This document shows, one piece after another, positions 16,433-25,868 of a stretch of 36,779 bases of DNA. The stretch lies in the IMG/VR virus record IMGVR_UViG_3300037010_004438; one strand, written 5' to 3'. Origin of the DNA: an uncultured virus (IMG/VR IMGVR_UViG_3300037010_004438). Taxonomy: Duplodnaviria; Heunggongvirae; Uroviricota; Caudoviricetes. Numbering within the stretch: the stretch's first letter is position 1; each line of letters opens with the position of its first letter. Under the pieces are notes generated by a model. It was not told the origin of the DNA. It searched no databases and was given only the letters and a program-made list of their open reading frames with translations. A program made the translations under genes and the position numbers.

Positions 16433-18505
16433 ATGGCCGCATTGACGCGCGCTCTTACGATTCAGTCCGGAACCACTCGCCGCATCCAGCAAGCCCAGGT
16501 CCTCGACGTCGCCGCCGGCATCGTCGCCTCGAACGACGCGGGATCGGCGCAGGACCTCTCGATCGAAGCTGCCGTCGGCGGTTCGATCAACATCGGCACC
16601 ACCGCCGCGACCGGCACGATCAACATCGGCCAGGCCGGCGCGACCGTCAACTTCCCCGGCCTCGTCAACTTCACGTCGACCACCGCCGCGCCGAACGTCG
16701 TCTTCCAGGGAGACGTCACGATCGGCGACGCCTCGTCGGACCGCCTCTACATCAACTCCGAGGTCGGGACCGACCTCGTCTTCGCGAACGGCGCCCAGCG
16801 AGTCATCAGGATCGTGGGAAGCGCGGGCGCCGGCGACATCCTCTCCATCGCCGCGGGGTACGGCGGGACAAGCGGCGGACTGCTTGCCATGTCGGGGGGC
16901 GACGGCGCGGCTGGAGCGTCGGGCGGCTTCATGATCGGCGGCGGTGAGGCGACCGGCGGCAACGGCGGCAACGGCACCATCTGGAGCGGGTCGTCGACGA
17001 CTGGCGCTTCGGGCAACATGACGGTCGACGCGGGGGACTACGTCACGACGGGCGGCATCCTCTATCTCGGCACGACATACGCGTCGGCGGTGAACATCGG
17101 CAACAGCGGAGCGACGACCTCGATCACCGGCTCGGCGAACAGCGTCACCGGCGACACGACCTTCGCCGACGACATCTTCTTCGCCGCCGGCGTCGCGCAC
17201 GTCATCCAGGTGAACAGTGGCGCGGGTACGGGCGGAACGCTCTCGATCGCGGCCGGCGGAAGCACCACGGCGGCGGGCGGGGCGCTCTCCATCGCCGCGG
17301 GCAGCAGCGCGGTCGGCGCCGGCGCGGACGTCACGATGCGCGGCGGTCAGGGCGGCAACAACGCGGCGGGCGGCGACGTCCACCTGAAGGGAGGCCTCGC
17401 CGGCGCGGGCGTCTCGACGTACGGCAACGTCTACCTCGGCGAAGACCAGACCTCGAACGTCTACATCGGATCGGCGACCGGCGCGGGCGTCTGGATCAAC
17501 TACGGAGCCCCGGGCAACCCGCAGAAGTTCAACATCTGCTCAAGCACGCTCTCCTTCATGGGCGGAGCGACCCCGCACGAGATTATGATCGTCGACCAGG
17601 CGATCGCCGACGCGAACGGCACCAAGCTGTCCGTCGTGGCCGGCAAGGGCAACGGCCACGGCGACGGAGGCGAGCTTCGGCTCATCGGAGGCGCCGGCGT
17701 CAACGGAGGTAGCACCATCCTCCTCGGCGGCGACGCTCTCGCGGCAGGCGCGGGCGGCGCGAGCGCCGTGAAGGGCGGCGACTCGCCGAGCGGCGCGGGC
17801 GGCGACGTCTTCCTGGCGGGCGGCGAGGGCGGAGCGTCGAACGGCGTCGTCCGCATCGGGCAGGCGAGCACGAGCGCGATCAACCTCTACGCGAACACTG
17901 TCGTGCAGAGCGGCGCGACGCTGTCGGCCGCCGCGGGCGGCATGATCGACCTGCCGCAGAACTTCGAGATCGCCGGCGCGGCCACCGCGTTCTCGAACCC
18001 GGGGACCGGGCAGGTCACGGCGCCGAACCTCAACACCCTGACGGCGGGCCCGACCTCGAACGCCGACGCCCTGCACACGCACTCGGCCCTCTCGGCCGCG
18101 GTGACCGTGTCGGGAACGACGGGCGAGGTGATCGACTTCGCGGGCATGGTGCTCGCGTGGTACGACAGGGGCACGGGCCCCCTCGTCTTCAAGAGCAACG
18201 CGACGAGCGGCTCGAACTACAGGAACGCGGTCGGCCTCGCCTACGCTGCGTACGGCTCGGGCGTCACGGGGCAGGCCATCGTCGCCGGCCCGGCGACCGT
18301 TTCGATCGCGAACGTCTTCGACGGCCCGCTCTCGGCGGACGACGTCGGCAAGCCGTGCTGGATCTCGAAGACGGCGGGCAAGCTCACGCGCAACGTGAGC
18401 GGCTACACTGCGGGCGACGTCGTCCAGAAGGTCGGCATCATCACCTCGGTCGGCGGAGGCAACGCCTCGATCGCGGTCCAGGTCGGCGACGCGGTCACGC
18501 TCTGA
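16433..18505 (+). CDS. Gly-rich fibre/spike protein 1 (690 aa)
   Basis: GGx[LIV]x[LI]x[AG]G repeats; NLNTLTAGPTSNADALHTH; C-terminal QKVG domain; RBS AAGGA. Confidence 0.85.
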   Translation: MAALTRALTIQSGTTRRIQQAQVLDVAAGIVASNDAGSAQDLSIEAAVGGSINIGTTAATGTINIGQAGATVNFPGLVNFTSTTAAPNVVFQGDVTIGDASSDRLYINSEVGTDLVFANGAQRVIRIVGSAGAGDILSIAAGYGGTSGGLLAMSGGDGAAGASGGFMIGGGEATGGNGGNGTIWSGSSTTGASGNMTVDAGDYVTTGGILYLGTTYASAVNIGNSGATTSITGSANSVTGDTTFADDIFFAAGVAHVIQVNSGAGTGGTLSIAAGGSTTAAGGALSIAAGSSAVGAGADVTMRGGQGGNNAAGGDVHLKGGLAGAGVSTYGNVYLGEDQTSNVYIGSATGAGVWINYGAPGNPQKFNICSSTLSFMGGATPHEIMIVDQAIADANGTKLSVVAGKGNGHGDGGELRLIGGAGVNGGSTILLGGDALAAGAGGASAVKGGDSPSGAGGDVFLAGGEGGASNGVVRIGQASTSAINLYANTVVQSGATLSAAAGGMIDLPQNFEIAGAATAFSNPGTGQVTAPNLNTLTAGPTSNADALHTHSALSAAVTVSGTTGEVIDFAGMVLAWYDRGTGPLVFKSNATSGSNYRNAVGLAYAAYGSGVTGQAIVAGPATVSIANVFDGPLSADDVGKPCWISKTAGKLTRNVSGYTAGDVVQKVGIITSVGGGNASIAVQVGDAVTL

Positions 18506-18518
18506 TCTCGTGACGAGT

Positions 18519-18551
18519 GAAGGAGGGGAGCGCGGGCCGCTCCCCTCCTTC
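18519..18551 (+). other. Perfect 14-bp intergenic hairpin
   Basis: GAAGGAGGGGAGCG-CGGGC-CGCTCCCCTCCTTC between the two fibre genes; no T-tract. Confidence 0.65.
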
Positions 18552-18610
18552 CATCCTCCCTCTCCTCCCCAACTTCCCGCAAGCCGCAGCCTCTACAAAG
18601 GAACACCGCC

Positions 18611-21379
18611 ATGGCCGGAGCCGTCGACTACAATCTCCCGCTGACGAGTCAGCAGGGCCTCAACAAGCGCCTCCAGCCGGGCGACTACCTCACGCTCTAC
18701 TCGGGCGCGATGTCCTTCGGCGACATGAACCTCGCGGCCTCGTCCGGCATCGGCGTCAACGATCCCGGGTTTGTCGCTTCGCTCCGCGCCGGCAACGGAC
18801 AAGGGGTCGGGGACGGCGGCGCGCTCGGCCTCACGGCCGGAAACGCGGACGGCACGGGCAACGGCGGAACGATCGAGATCATTTCCGGGCGGGGCGCCGC
18901 ATCCGGCGAAGTGCACATCTACACGGCAGCGTCGAACAACGGCGCCGGCGGGGCGATCCATATCGCCGCCGGCCCCGGCGGCGGCAACAACGACGGAGGT
19001 CCCATCGAGATCCTCGCCGGCGACGGCGGGGACGGCGAACTCGGCAACCCAGGCAACGGTGGAGACCTCAGCCTCAGGAGCGGCAACGGCGGCTCCGTCC
19101 TCGGCTCCGGAGGCGACGTCGCCATCGCCGCGGGGAGCGCTTCCACGGAAGGGTCTGGAGGCAACCTCTCCCTCGCCGCCGGTTCTGGCCTCGTCGGTGG
19201 TGCGGCCGGCTCGGTCCTCGTCAACGCCGGCGATGCCGGGTCCGGCTCCGTGCAGGGCGGCGACATCGCCTTCACGGCCGGAACGGCAGGTTTGGCGGGC
19301 GGTGCCGGCGGGCACATCACGCTGCAAGCCGGCTCCTCCCCCAACGGCGTCGGAGGCGCCATCACGGTGTCGTCCGGAAAGGGCGGCCCGACGGCGCCTG
19401 GCGGCGATCTCAACCTCGCCTCCGGCAATGGCGGCCAGAAGAGCGACGGCGGCACCGCCAGCCTCACGGGAGGCCGCGGCGGACAGACTTCCGGCAACGG
19501 AGGGCGCGTCCTCCTTCACGGAGGCAACGCCCAGGGCGGCGGCAACGGCGGCGACGTCTCGGCGTACGGCGGCGTCGCCGTCGGCGCTGGCAAGGTTGCG
19601 GGAAGCCTCTTCCTCGACGCCGGGCCCTTCTCCGGCGGCGCGACGGCGGGGACGATCGGCATCGGCGGCAACTCTCTCGCGACCGCCGCGAAGGCTTCTG
19701 CCGTCTACATTGGCGACTCGGGCGCGAACGCGGTCTACCTGCAAGGCGCCGCTCCCGGCAACAATGGAGGACTCTTCATCGGCGCGAAGGCGGCCCTCTT
19801 CCTCGCCGGAGCAGCCTCCGCATACAAGTTCGGCGTGCAGGATCCGGGCTCGGGCGACGGCACGGACCTTCAGGTCTTCGCCGCCAACGGCGTCATCGGC
19901 AACGGCGCGTCGCTGTACCTTCACGGAGGCGCAACCGAGGGGGCCTTCCACGCCGGCAACGTCGTCATCGAGGCGGGAGGCGCGAAGAGCGGCGCGACGC
20001 CAGGCTTCGTGGGCGTCGCTACGGACAATGCCGCGAACGTGTACATCGGAGGCTCCGCCCACAGCACGAACCTCAAAACGATCATCCGCGGCACGCAGGT
20101 TACGACGACCGGCCATGTCGCCGAGGGCGGCGACGTCGAAATCTACGGAGGCCTCACCTCCGGCGACGGCATCACGGGCGCCATCAAGATCCAGACGCCC
20201 GACGCCTTCGCCGGTTCGAGCCAGGGAGGTACAGGACGGATCCGGATCTCCACCGGCAACGCGCAGGGAAGCGGCGCTCCTGGCGCAATCGCGCTTACGG
20301 CCGGCGATGCCGGGACACAGGGAAGCGGTGCGGGCATCTACCTCGCCGCAGGTGGAGGACGCCAGAATGGAACTGGCGGCGACATCTCCATCGCCTCGGG
20401 AGACTTCCTCGATCCGAACGGGACCGGCGGCGAGATCGACATCGTTTGCGGAGCCTCCGCAGGAGATGCGAACGGCGCGGTCCTGACCCTTCGCGCCGGC
20501 ATGGGGGCCGGCACGGGCACTGGCGGCACGTCCTACCTTCTCGGCGGAGACGGCGAATCCGCGGGCGGAGACGTCGTCATCAAGGGCGGCGCCGTCGACG
20601 CCGGCGTCAACTACGGATCCGTGTTCATCGGCGTCGACCCCTTGGGACTCGGACTCACGCAATTTGTCACCATCAACTCGACCGCCGGGACGATGCTCCA
20701 GGCGAACGAGTCCAATGCGCTGCGCGTCTGGGACGACACTGGCGTCATCAGCATCACGGTTCAAAACGGCGCCTTCCTCGCCTGCGACGTCGATGGCATG
20801 ATCAACCTGCCGCCGAACTTCATGATCGACGGCAAAAACACGAGCGTCAACGGGACTGCCGGCTCCTCGTTCACCTCCGTCGGCGTCACCGCGAACAACC
20901 TGAACGTCCTCACCCAGGGGCCGACGTCCGACGCGTCGCAGCTCCACACCCACACGGGCATCTCGGGAGCGACGAGCGTCGTCTTCGACATGACCGCGAA
21001 CGAGGCCATCGCCGTCGGTGCCCCGGTCGTCGCGTTCGACAGCGGCGGCGCGAACAACGCAAAGAACGGCAACGCGACGACGGGCGTTGCTTCGGGGGGC
21101 GACGTCGTCGGCCTCGCCTTCAGCGCTGCGGCGGGATCAGGTTCGACGTTCAAGGTGCAGACCTCGGGTGCCCTGCCGTTCTCGACCGGCATCTTCGACG
21201 TCGCCCCGTCGAACGCGAGCCGAGGCAAGCGCGTCTACTGCTCGACGACTTCCGGGAAGTTGACGCTCACGCCTCCATCGGCCGCCGGCAACTTCATCCA
21301 GAAGGTCGGCACGATCGTCTCCGTCGTCGGAGCAACCGTCACCGTGAACGTCCAGATCGGCGACCAGGTCATCCTCTGA
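18611..21379 (+). CDS. Gly-rich fibre/spike protein 2 (922 aa), paralogue of 16433
   Basis: Same Gly repeats; GMINLPPNF, NLNVLTQGPTSDASQLHTH, C-terminal QKVG domain. Confidence 0.85.
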   Translation: MAGAVDYNLPLTSQQGLNKRLQPGDYLTLYSGAMSFGDMNLAASSGIGVNDPGFVASLRAGNGQGVGDGGALGLTAGNADGTGNGGTIEIISGRGAASGEVHIYTAASNNGAGGAIHIAAGPGGGNNDGGPIEILAGDGGDGELGNPGNGGDLSLRSGNGGSVLGSGGDVAIAAGSASTEGSGGNLSLAAGSGLVGGAAGSVLVNAGDAGSGSVQGGDIAFTAGTAGLAGGAGGHITLQAGSSPNGVGGAITVSSGKGGPTAPGGDLNLASGNGGQKSDGGTASLTGGRGGQTSGNGGRVLLHGGNAQGGGNGGDVSAYGGVAVGAGKVAGSLFLDAGPFSGGATAGTIGIGGNSLATAAKASAVYIGDSGANAVYLQGAAPGNNGGLFIGAKAALFLAGAASAYKFGVQDPGSGDGTDLQVFAANGVIGNGASLYLHGGATEGAFHAGNVVIEAGGAKSGATPGFVGVATDNAANVYIGGSAHSTNLKTIIRGTQVTTTGHVAEGGDVEIYGGLTSGDGITGAIKIQTPDAFAGSSQGGTGRIRISTGNAQGSGAPGAIALTAGDAGTQGSGAGIYLAAGGGRQNGTGGDISIASGDFLDPNGTGGEIDIVCGASAGDANGAVLTLRAGMGAGTGTGGTSYLLGGDGESAGGDVVIKGGAVDAGVNYGSVFIGVDPLGLGLTQFVTINSTAGTMLQANESNALRVWDDTGVISITVQNGAFLACDVDGMINLPPNFMIDGKNTSVNGTAGSSFTSVGVTANNLNVLTQGPTSDASQLHTHTGISGATSVVFDMTANEAIAVGAPVVAFDSGGANNAKNGNATTGVASGGDVVGLAFSAAAGSGSTFKVQTSGALPFSTGIFDVAPSNASRGKRVYCSTTSGKLTLTPPSAAGNFIQKVGTIVSVVGATVTVNVQIGDQVIL

Positions 21380-21434
21380 TTCGCGCCTGAAGAGCGCTCT
21401 CCAAACGCTCTTTCGGCCATCGAAAAGATCGAGT

Positions 21435-21482
21435 ATCCTCTCGGCGCCTCCTCTCCGGAGGCGCTGAGGGGATTTCTCGTTT
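21435..21482 (+). terminator. Probable terminator hairpin
   Basis: ATCCTCTCGGCGCCTCC...GGAGGCGCTGAGGGGAT followed by TTCTCGTTT. Confidence 0.5.
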
Positions 21483-21538
21483 GTGGAGAGGCGCCTTTGG
21501 GGCCGACGCTCCGCCAAACGCAGGGAAGAGAGAAAACG

Positions 21539-21889
21539 ATGGGAAAGAAGACCGAGCCGAAGAAGACCTCCGCCAAAACCCGCCTGCACGCCGTGCCGGC
21601 GCCGCCGCCTCCGTACGAACCCGCGCCGAAGCTCTCCGACGCGCAGCTCGAAGAGCTTCGCGCGCACAATGGGGGCTTCCTCGACGCGCGCTCGAACCTC
21701 GGCGCCCTGACCGCGCAATACGAGGTTCAGAAGGCGCAGCTCGTTCGCGCCATGGGCGAGCATCAGAAGGCGCTCGGAGAAAAGGCGAAGGCCTTCGGGA
21801 CCGCGCTCGGACTCGACATGGAGAAGGAGAACTGGACGCTGAACTTCCAGACCGGCGAGTACACGAAGGTCGAGAAGCCGAGCGTCTGA
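21539..21889 (+). CDS. Small coiled-coil protein (possible fibre chaperone)
   Basis: ATG 21539 after a purine-rich tract; helical; lies directly after the fibre genes. Function inferred from position only. Confidence 0.7.
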   Translation: MGKKTEPKKTSAKTRLHAVPAPPPPYEPAPKLSDAQLEELRAHNGGFLDARSNLGALTAQYEVQKAQLVRAMGEHQKALGEKAKAFGTALGLDMEKENWTLNFQTGEYTKVEKPSV

Positions 21890-21906
21890 TCGACCTCGCG
21901 GCGCCA

Positions 21907-21949
21907 GAAGGGGCGGCTCTCTCGAAAGAGAGTTGCCCTTTCGCATTTT
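21907..21949 (+). terminator. GAAA-tetraloop intrinsic terminator
   Basis: GAAGGGGCGGCTCTCTC-GAAA-GAGAGTTGCCCTTTC then GCATTTT. Confidence 0.7.
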
Positions 21950-22051
21950 AGAAAGAGGCACAATCTCCTCGCGCAAAACACGCATGGTACGATGACGGCG
22001 AAGACGTGACGCCCGCTCGCGAGGCGGCACGACTCCGAGAGGTCTTCGCCC

Positions 22052-22510
22052 GTGGCCGATCGCAAAGCACTCGTCGAAATCTCCGGCTTCAAACAGGTCC
22101 CCGACACCGATCGCGTATCGGTCGGCGCAGGGGTCGCCTTCGCCGATCCTGCCGCGAAGATCGACGCTTCTGGAGGCGTCCTCACGCTCCAAGACGCGAG
22201 CGGCACGAAGAGCCTCGACAAGATCCCCATCGCAGGGACAGGCGAGATCGACTTCGGCGCCTTCCCTGGCGCGAACACCTCCTCCGTATTCATTCCCGAT
22301 CCGACCATCGAGGCCGGAAGCATCGTCGACGCGAAGATCGTCGCAAAGGCGACGGTCGACCATTCCGCCGACGAGCACATCGCAGACGCCCCCGACCTCT
22401 TCGCGGGCAGCGTCGTCGCTGCCGCAGGCTTCTGGGTCTACGGAAGCTTCACCAAGAACCTCGGGCCGACGACGTACGGAAAGTGGGCCTTCATGTGGAC
22501 CCGCACCTGA
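22052..22510 (+). CDS. Putative virion structural protein
   Basis: GTG start, RBS GAGG; N-terminus RKALVEISG resembles the fibre N-termini. Confidence 0.75.
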   Translation: MADRKALVEISGFKQVPDTDRVSVGAGVAFADPAAKIDASGGVLTLQDASGTKSLDKIPIAGTGEIDFGAFPGANTSSVFIPDPTIEAGSIVDAKIVAKATVDHSADEHIADAPDLFAGSVVAAAGFWVYGSFTKNLGPTTYGKWAFMWTRT

Positions 22511-22597
22511 AGCGGACGAAGCCGGCCCCCAAGCCCAAAGCATCCTCCTAACAAGCAGCGCGAAGCTGACGAAGACGAACAAGGATAGACACTCGCC

Positions 22598-24073
22598 ATG
22601 GCCCTTCAAATCATCGGTCTTCCCGGCTCCGGCGGAAACATCGCGGACGTCGACGCCGCGAACAACCTGAAGGTCAACCTTCCGACGACCTCGGAAGGCT
22701 TCGCTCCTTCGTTCGGCCCCGGATTCGCGGCCATGCTCTGCGAAGCCGATCCAGGCTCGATCTCAGGACAGCGCTACCTCATCCCTCCAGAGGCCGACGA
22801 CGACTTCCGTCTCCGCGTCGGAGAAGACAATCTCATATTCACCGAGGCGTGGGCCGGCGCCACCATCAGCGCCAACGCGTGGAAGCTTACTGCCTCGACC
22901 ATGCAGGCGTCGGCGTCCGGCGGCTACGCGCGCGTCAACTCGGCGAACTCCAACGCGACCGGCAACGTCGCACGCCTCGAAACCCTCCGAACGTTCGCCG
23001 CCTACCAGTCCTTCCCGCTGTACGTCGAGTTCGACATGCAGGTCACGGCGAAGGCTATCGTCGGCAACGTGTGGGAGATCGGCCTCTTTCTCTCGAACGC
23101 GGGAACCGGCTCGGTCACCGACGGCGCCTTCATTCGCATGAACGCGGCGGGCGAGTTCCGCCTCGTCTCCAGCTACAACGGCGCGGAAACGCAGAGCGCC
23201 CCGATCGACATCAGCGGATTCGACGTCAACGCCAACTACGCCTGCCTCATCTCCATCAGCACCGACGAGTTGGAGCTGTGGATCGATGGCGTTCTCTACG
23301 CGAAGGTCATGACGCCCGCCGGCGTCACCGGCTTCACGCAGTCGAGCGCGCTGCCCTTCGCCATTCGCAACATGAACACGGGCGCGCCCATCACGCCCGT
23401 CCAACTGCTCGTCGGCCCCGTCACCATCAGCTACGGAGGCATGAACAACGCTCCAGACTTCCGCGATCGTTGTGCGCTCAGCGAGCAGGGCTCCTACCAG
23501 ACGCAGTCGGGCGTCGCCGGCGCGCAGACCGCCAACTGGACGAACTCCACGGCTCCCGCAACCGCGACGCTGTCGAATGCGACGGGTGGATACGCGACCT
23601 ACGGAGGAAAGTTCCTCTTCGCCGCTCCCGCGGGCTCGGAGACCGACTATCTCCTCTTCGCCTTCCAAGTTCCTGTCGAGAGCCTCTCCACCCCCTCCAT
23701 GAACCGCAACCTCATCATCCGAGGCGTGCGCATCCATGCGGGCAGCGTCGGAGCGACAGTCGCGACCACGCCGACCGTTCTCGAATGGGCCATCGCCGTC
23801 GGCTCGAACGCGCAGTCGCTCGCGACGGCCGACGTCACGTCGACCACCTCCATCCTCAAAGGCCCTCGTCGCAAGGCGCTCGGCATGCAGGGCTTCGTCG
23901 TCGGCGCACTCGCTGGCACGGTTGCAATGCCCGTCATCGCCGAATTCCCTGACTCCGCGCTCGTTGCCGAACCCGGTTCGTGGGTTCAGGTCATCGTCCG
24001 CGTTCCCTACGGCACCGCCACCGGCGGACAGCTGATCCGCGGCTCAGTCGACATCGACGGGCAGTACGAGTGA
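22598..24073 (+). CDS. Beta-rich protein with ConA/lectin-like region
   Basis: RBS AAGGA; ISISTDELELWIDGVLYA pattern; Ala/Thr/Gly-rich beta-type sequence. Confidence 0.75.
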   Translation: MALQIIGLPGSGGNIADVDAANNLKVNLPTTSEGFAPSFGPGFAAMLCEADPGSISGQRYLIPPEADDDFRLRVGEDNLIFTEAWAGATISANAWKLTASTMQASASGGYARVNSANSNATGNVARLETLRTFAAYQSFPLYVEFDMQVTAKAIVGNVWEIGLFLSNAGTGSVTDGAFIRMNAAGEFRLVSSYNGAETQSAPIDISGFDVNANYACLISISTDELELWIDGVLYAKVMTPAGVTGFTQSSALPFAIRNMNTGAPITPVQLLVGPVTISYGGMNNAPDFRDRCALSEQGSYQTQSGVAGAQTANWTNSTAPATATLSNATGGYATYGGKFLFAAPAGSETDYLLFAFQVPVESLSTPSMNRNLIIRGVRIHAGSVGATVATTPTVLEWAIAVGSNAQSLATADVTSTTSILKGPRRKALGMQGFVVGALAGTVAMPVIAEFPDSALVAEPGSWVQVIVRVPYGTATGGQLIRGSVDIDGQYE

Positions 24074-24099
24074 ACGCGTAGGCGCTCCGAGGAAAGACC

Positions 24100-24930
24100 A
24101 TGCCGCACCAGAACATCACATTCAACGCATCCGCGCTCGTCGATCTTCGATGGGAGGACATGAAGGCCGTCCTCTCGAAGAAGAGTCTTCGCCATCAGTC
24201 CAGCGAAAACGAAGACACGCTCACCGTCTTCGCGGTCGACGGACCCATCCTCTACTCGACGCTCTTCATCAAAACCCCCGCGTCGGACAGCTACCCCTTC
24301 GGCGAAAGCTACACGAAGGCGAACAACGACGCGGACCTCGCCGACTACGAGGCGAACTACAAGGCGTCGGAAAACAACGTCCTCGACTTCCGTACGAGCG
24401 ACGGGCGCCTCACCGTCCGCGACTCGACGGCAAACCGAACGTCGAACTTCAAGCTGCGCGTCTTCAGTTTCAAGACGGCTGCCGCGGGGAGCGTCCACAA
24501 CGTGAACCCCGTCACCGACGCGGACTACGGCGACGCGGCGATCTCGTTCTTCGACGTCTCCGGCGCGCCGTGCGCGGAAGCCGATGCCGTCAAGACCGTC
24601 GTCGACTGGGAGCCGCACTACAACTACGAGATCATCGGCGGATACATGGACGTGCCGTCCGCGATCAAGGACGGAACCTCCGACGCCTGGTACCTCTCGG
24701 TCATCGGCGTCCCCGACTACCCACCGGAGATGTTCGGATCGGTCGACTACATCTCCGAAGTGAACCTCGAAGCCGTCTCGACGCAGAAGATCATCTCCAA
24801 CGGCCGCGCCGTCTCGTACATGCCGTACAACTACGGGGGCGCGCCCCACACCAACCGCCTGCGATTCATCGTCAAGCACCCAAAGGGGGCGCAGCAGCGC
24901 TTCCAGGTCTACATCGAGCACTTCTCCTGA
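24100..24930 (+). CDS. Hypothetical (putative structural) protein
   Basis: RBS GAGGA; typical codon usage. Confidence 0.85.
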   Translation: MPHQNITFNASALVDLRWEDMKAVLSKKSLRHQSSENEDTLTVFAVDGPILYSTLFIKTPASDSYPFGESYTKANNDADLADYEANYKASENNVLDFRTSDGRLTVRDSTANRTSNFKLRVFSFKTAAAGSVHNVNPVTDADYGDAAISFFDVSGAPCAEADAVKTVVDWEPHYNYEIIGGYMDVPSAIKDGTSDAWYLSVIGVPDYPPEMFGSVDYISEVNLEAVSTQKIISNGRAVSYMPYNYGGAPHTNRLRFIVKHPKGAQQRFQVYIEHFS

Positions 24931-24975
24931 ACCTCATCACCGCTCCCTTCTCTGAGAGGGGCGAAAGGTTCTCCC

Positions 24976-25281
24976 ATGCCCACATGGTTCCTCGGCAGGA
25001 CCGGATACTCGTTCTTCGATGTGTGGTCGCTCGTTCACTTCGCGTTCTGGATCTTCGCCGGATCGTGTCTGTGGGCCGCGAAGCTCCGGATCGGCTACGC
25101 GCTCGCCGGATCGGTCCTGCTCGCTCTCGCGTGGGAGTGTTTCGAGCGCGTCGCGGAAAAGAAGTGGCCGGACTACTGGCTCCACCCAGAGTCCTGGTGG
25201 AACTCCTGGGCGAGCGACGTCCTCATGTGCGCCCTCGGCGTCCTTCTCATCTGGCGCCTGCTCGACGCCTATGCGAAGTAA
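24976..25281 (+). CDS. Small integral membrane protein (DUF2585-like motif)
   Basis: DVWSLVHF...LAWECFE...ESWWNSWASDVL with about 3 TM segments. Confidence 0.7.
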   Translation: MPTWFLGRTGYSFFDVWSLVHFAFWIFAGSCLWAAKLRIGYALAGSVLLALAWECFERVAEKKWPDYWLHPESWWNSWASDVLMCALGVLLIWRLLDAYAK

Positions 25282-25288
25282 GGTGGCG

Positions 25289-25765
25289 ATGTCCGTTTCC
25301 ATCGGGTTCTCGACGAAGAGGGGGAGCTTCCTCTCCTCCATCATCCGATGGGCGACCGGCTCGAAGGTCAGTCACATCTGGATCCTCTCGGACATCTTCG
25401 GCGTGCCGTGCGTCGTCGAGGCCTCCGAGAAGGGATTTTTCCCGTCCTCGTCTCTCGCTCGCTTCGAGAAGGACAACGAGGTCGTGTTCCTCTTCCCTGT
25501 CGAGCACGACCTCTCCGAAGGGCTCAGGTGGGCCGCAAACCACTTCGGCGAGCGCTACGACTTCGCAGGCCTCTTCGGTATGATCCGCGTCCTTCTCGGC
25601 CGCCTCTTCCACAGGAGGTGGAAGAACCCGTGGAACAACCGCAAGGCGCTCTTCTGCGCAGAGGCCATCGCCGAAGTGCTCAAGCGAAGCGCCTACCCAA
25701 AGTCGGAGGCTCTCCGCCCAGCGGACGTCGGTCCGGAGGACATCCGCAAGTTCCTGTCCGAATGA
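25289..25765 (+). CDS. Permuted papain-like amidase (YiiX/YebB, C92-like)
   Basis: IIRWATGSKVSHIWI, VVEA, GERYDF, LFCAEAIA, P near the C-terminus; His precedes Cys. Confidence 0.8.
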   Translation: MSVSIGFSTKRGSFLSSIIRWATGSKVSHIWILSDIFGVPCVVEASEKGFFPSSSLARFEKDNEVVFLFPVEHDLSEGLRWAANHFGERYDFAGLFGMIRVLLGRLFHRRWKNPWNNRKALFCAEAIAEVLKRSAYPKSEALRPADVGPEDIRKFLSE

Positions 25766-25868
25766 GCGTCTCGACTTACCAGAAGTCGAAGAGCTTGCTA
25801 CTCTACATTGGAAGCGTCCGTCTGCTTTCGCGCCCGTTCAAGACTGCCACCGCTTCTCGGAGCTGCCC

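Noticed and set aside
18517..21390. 957-aa Arg-rich + strand ORF (and similar alternative-frame ORFs)
   Set aside because: Frame-shifted read of GGC/GCC-rich codons of the fibre gene; the Arg richness is an artefact.
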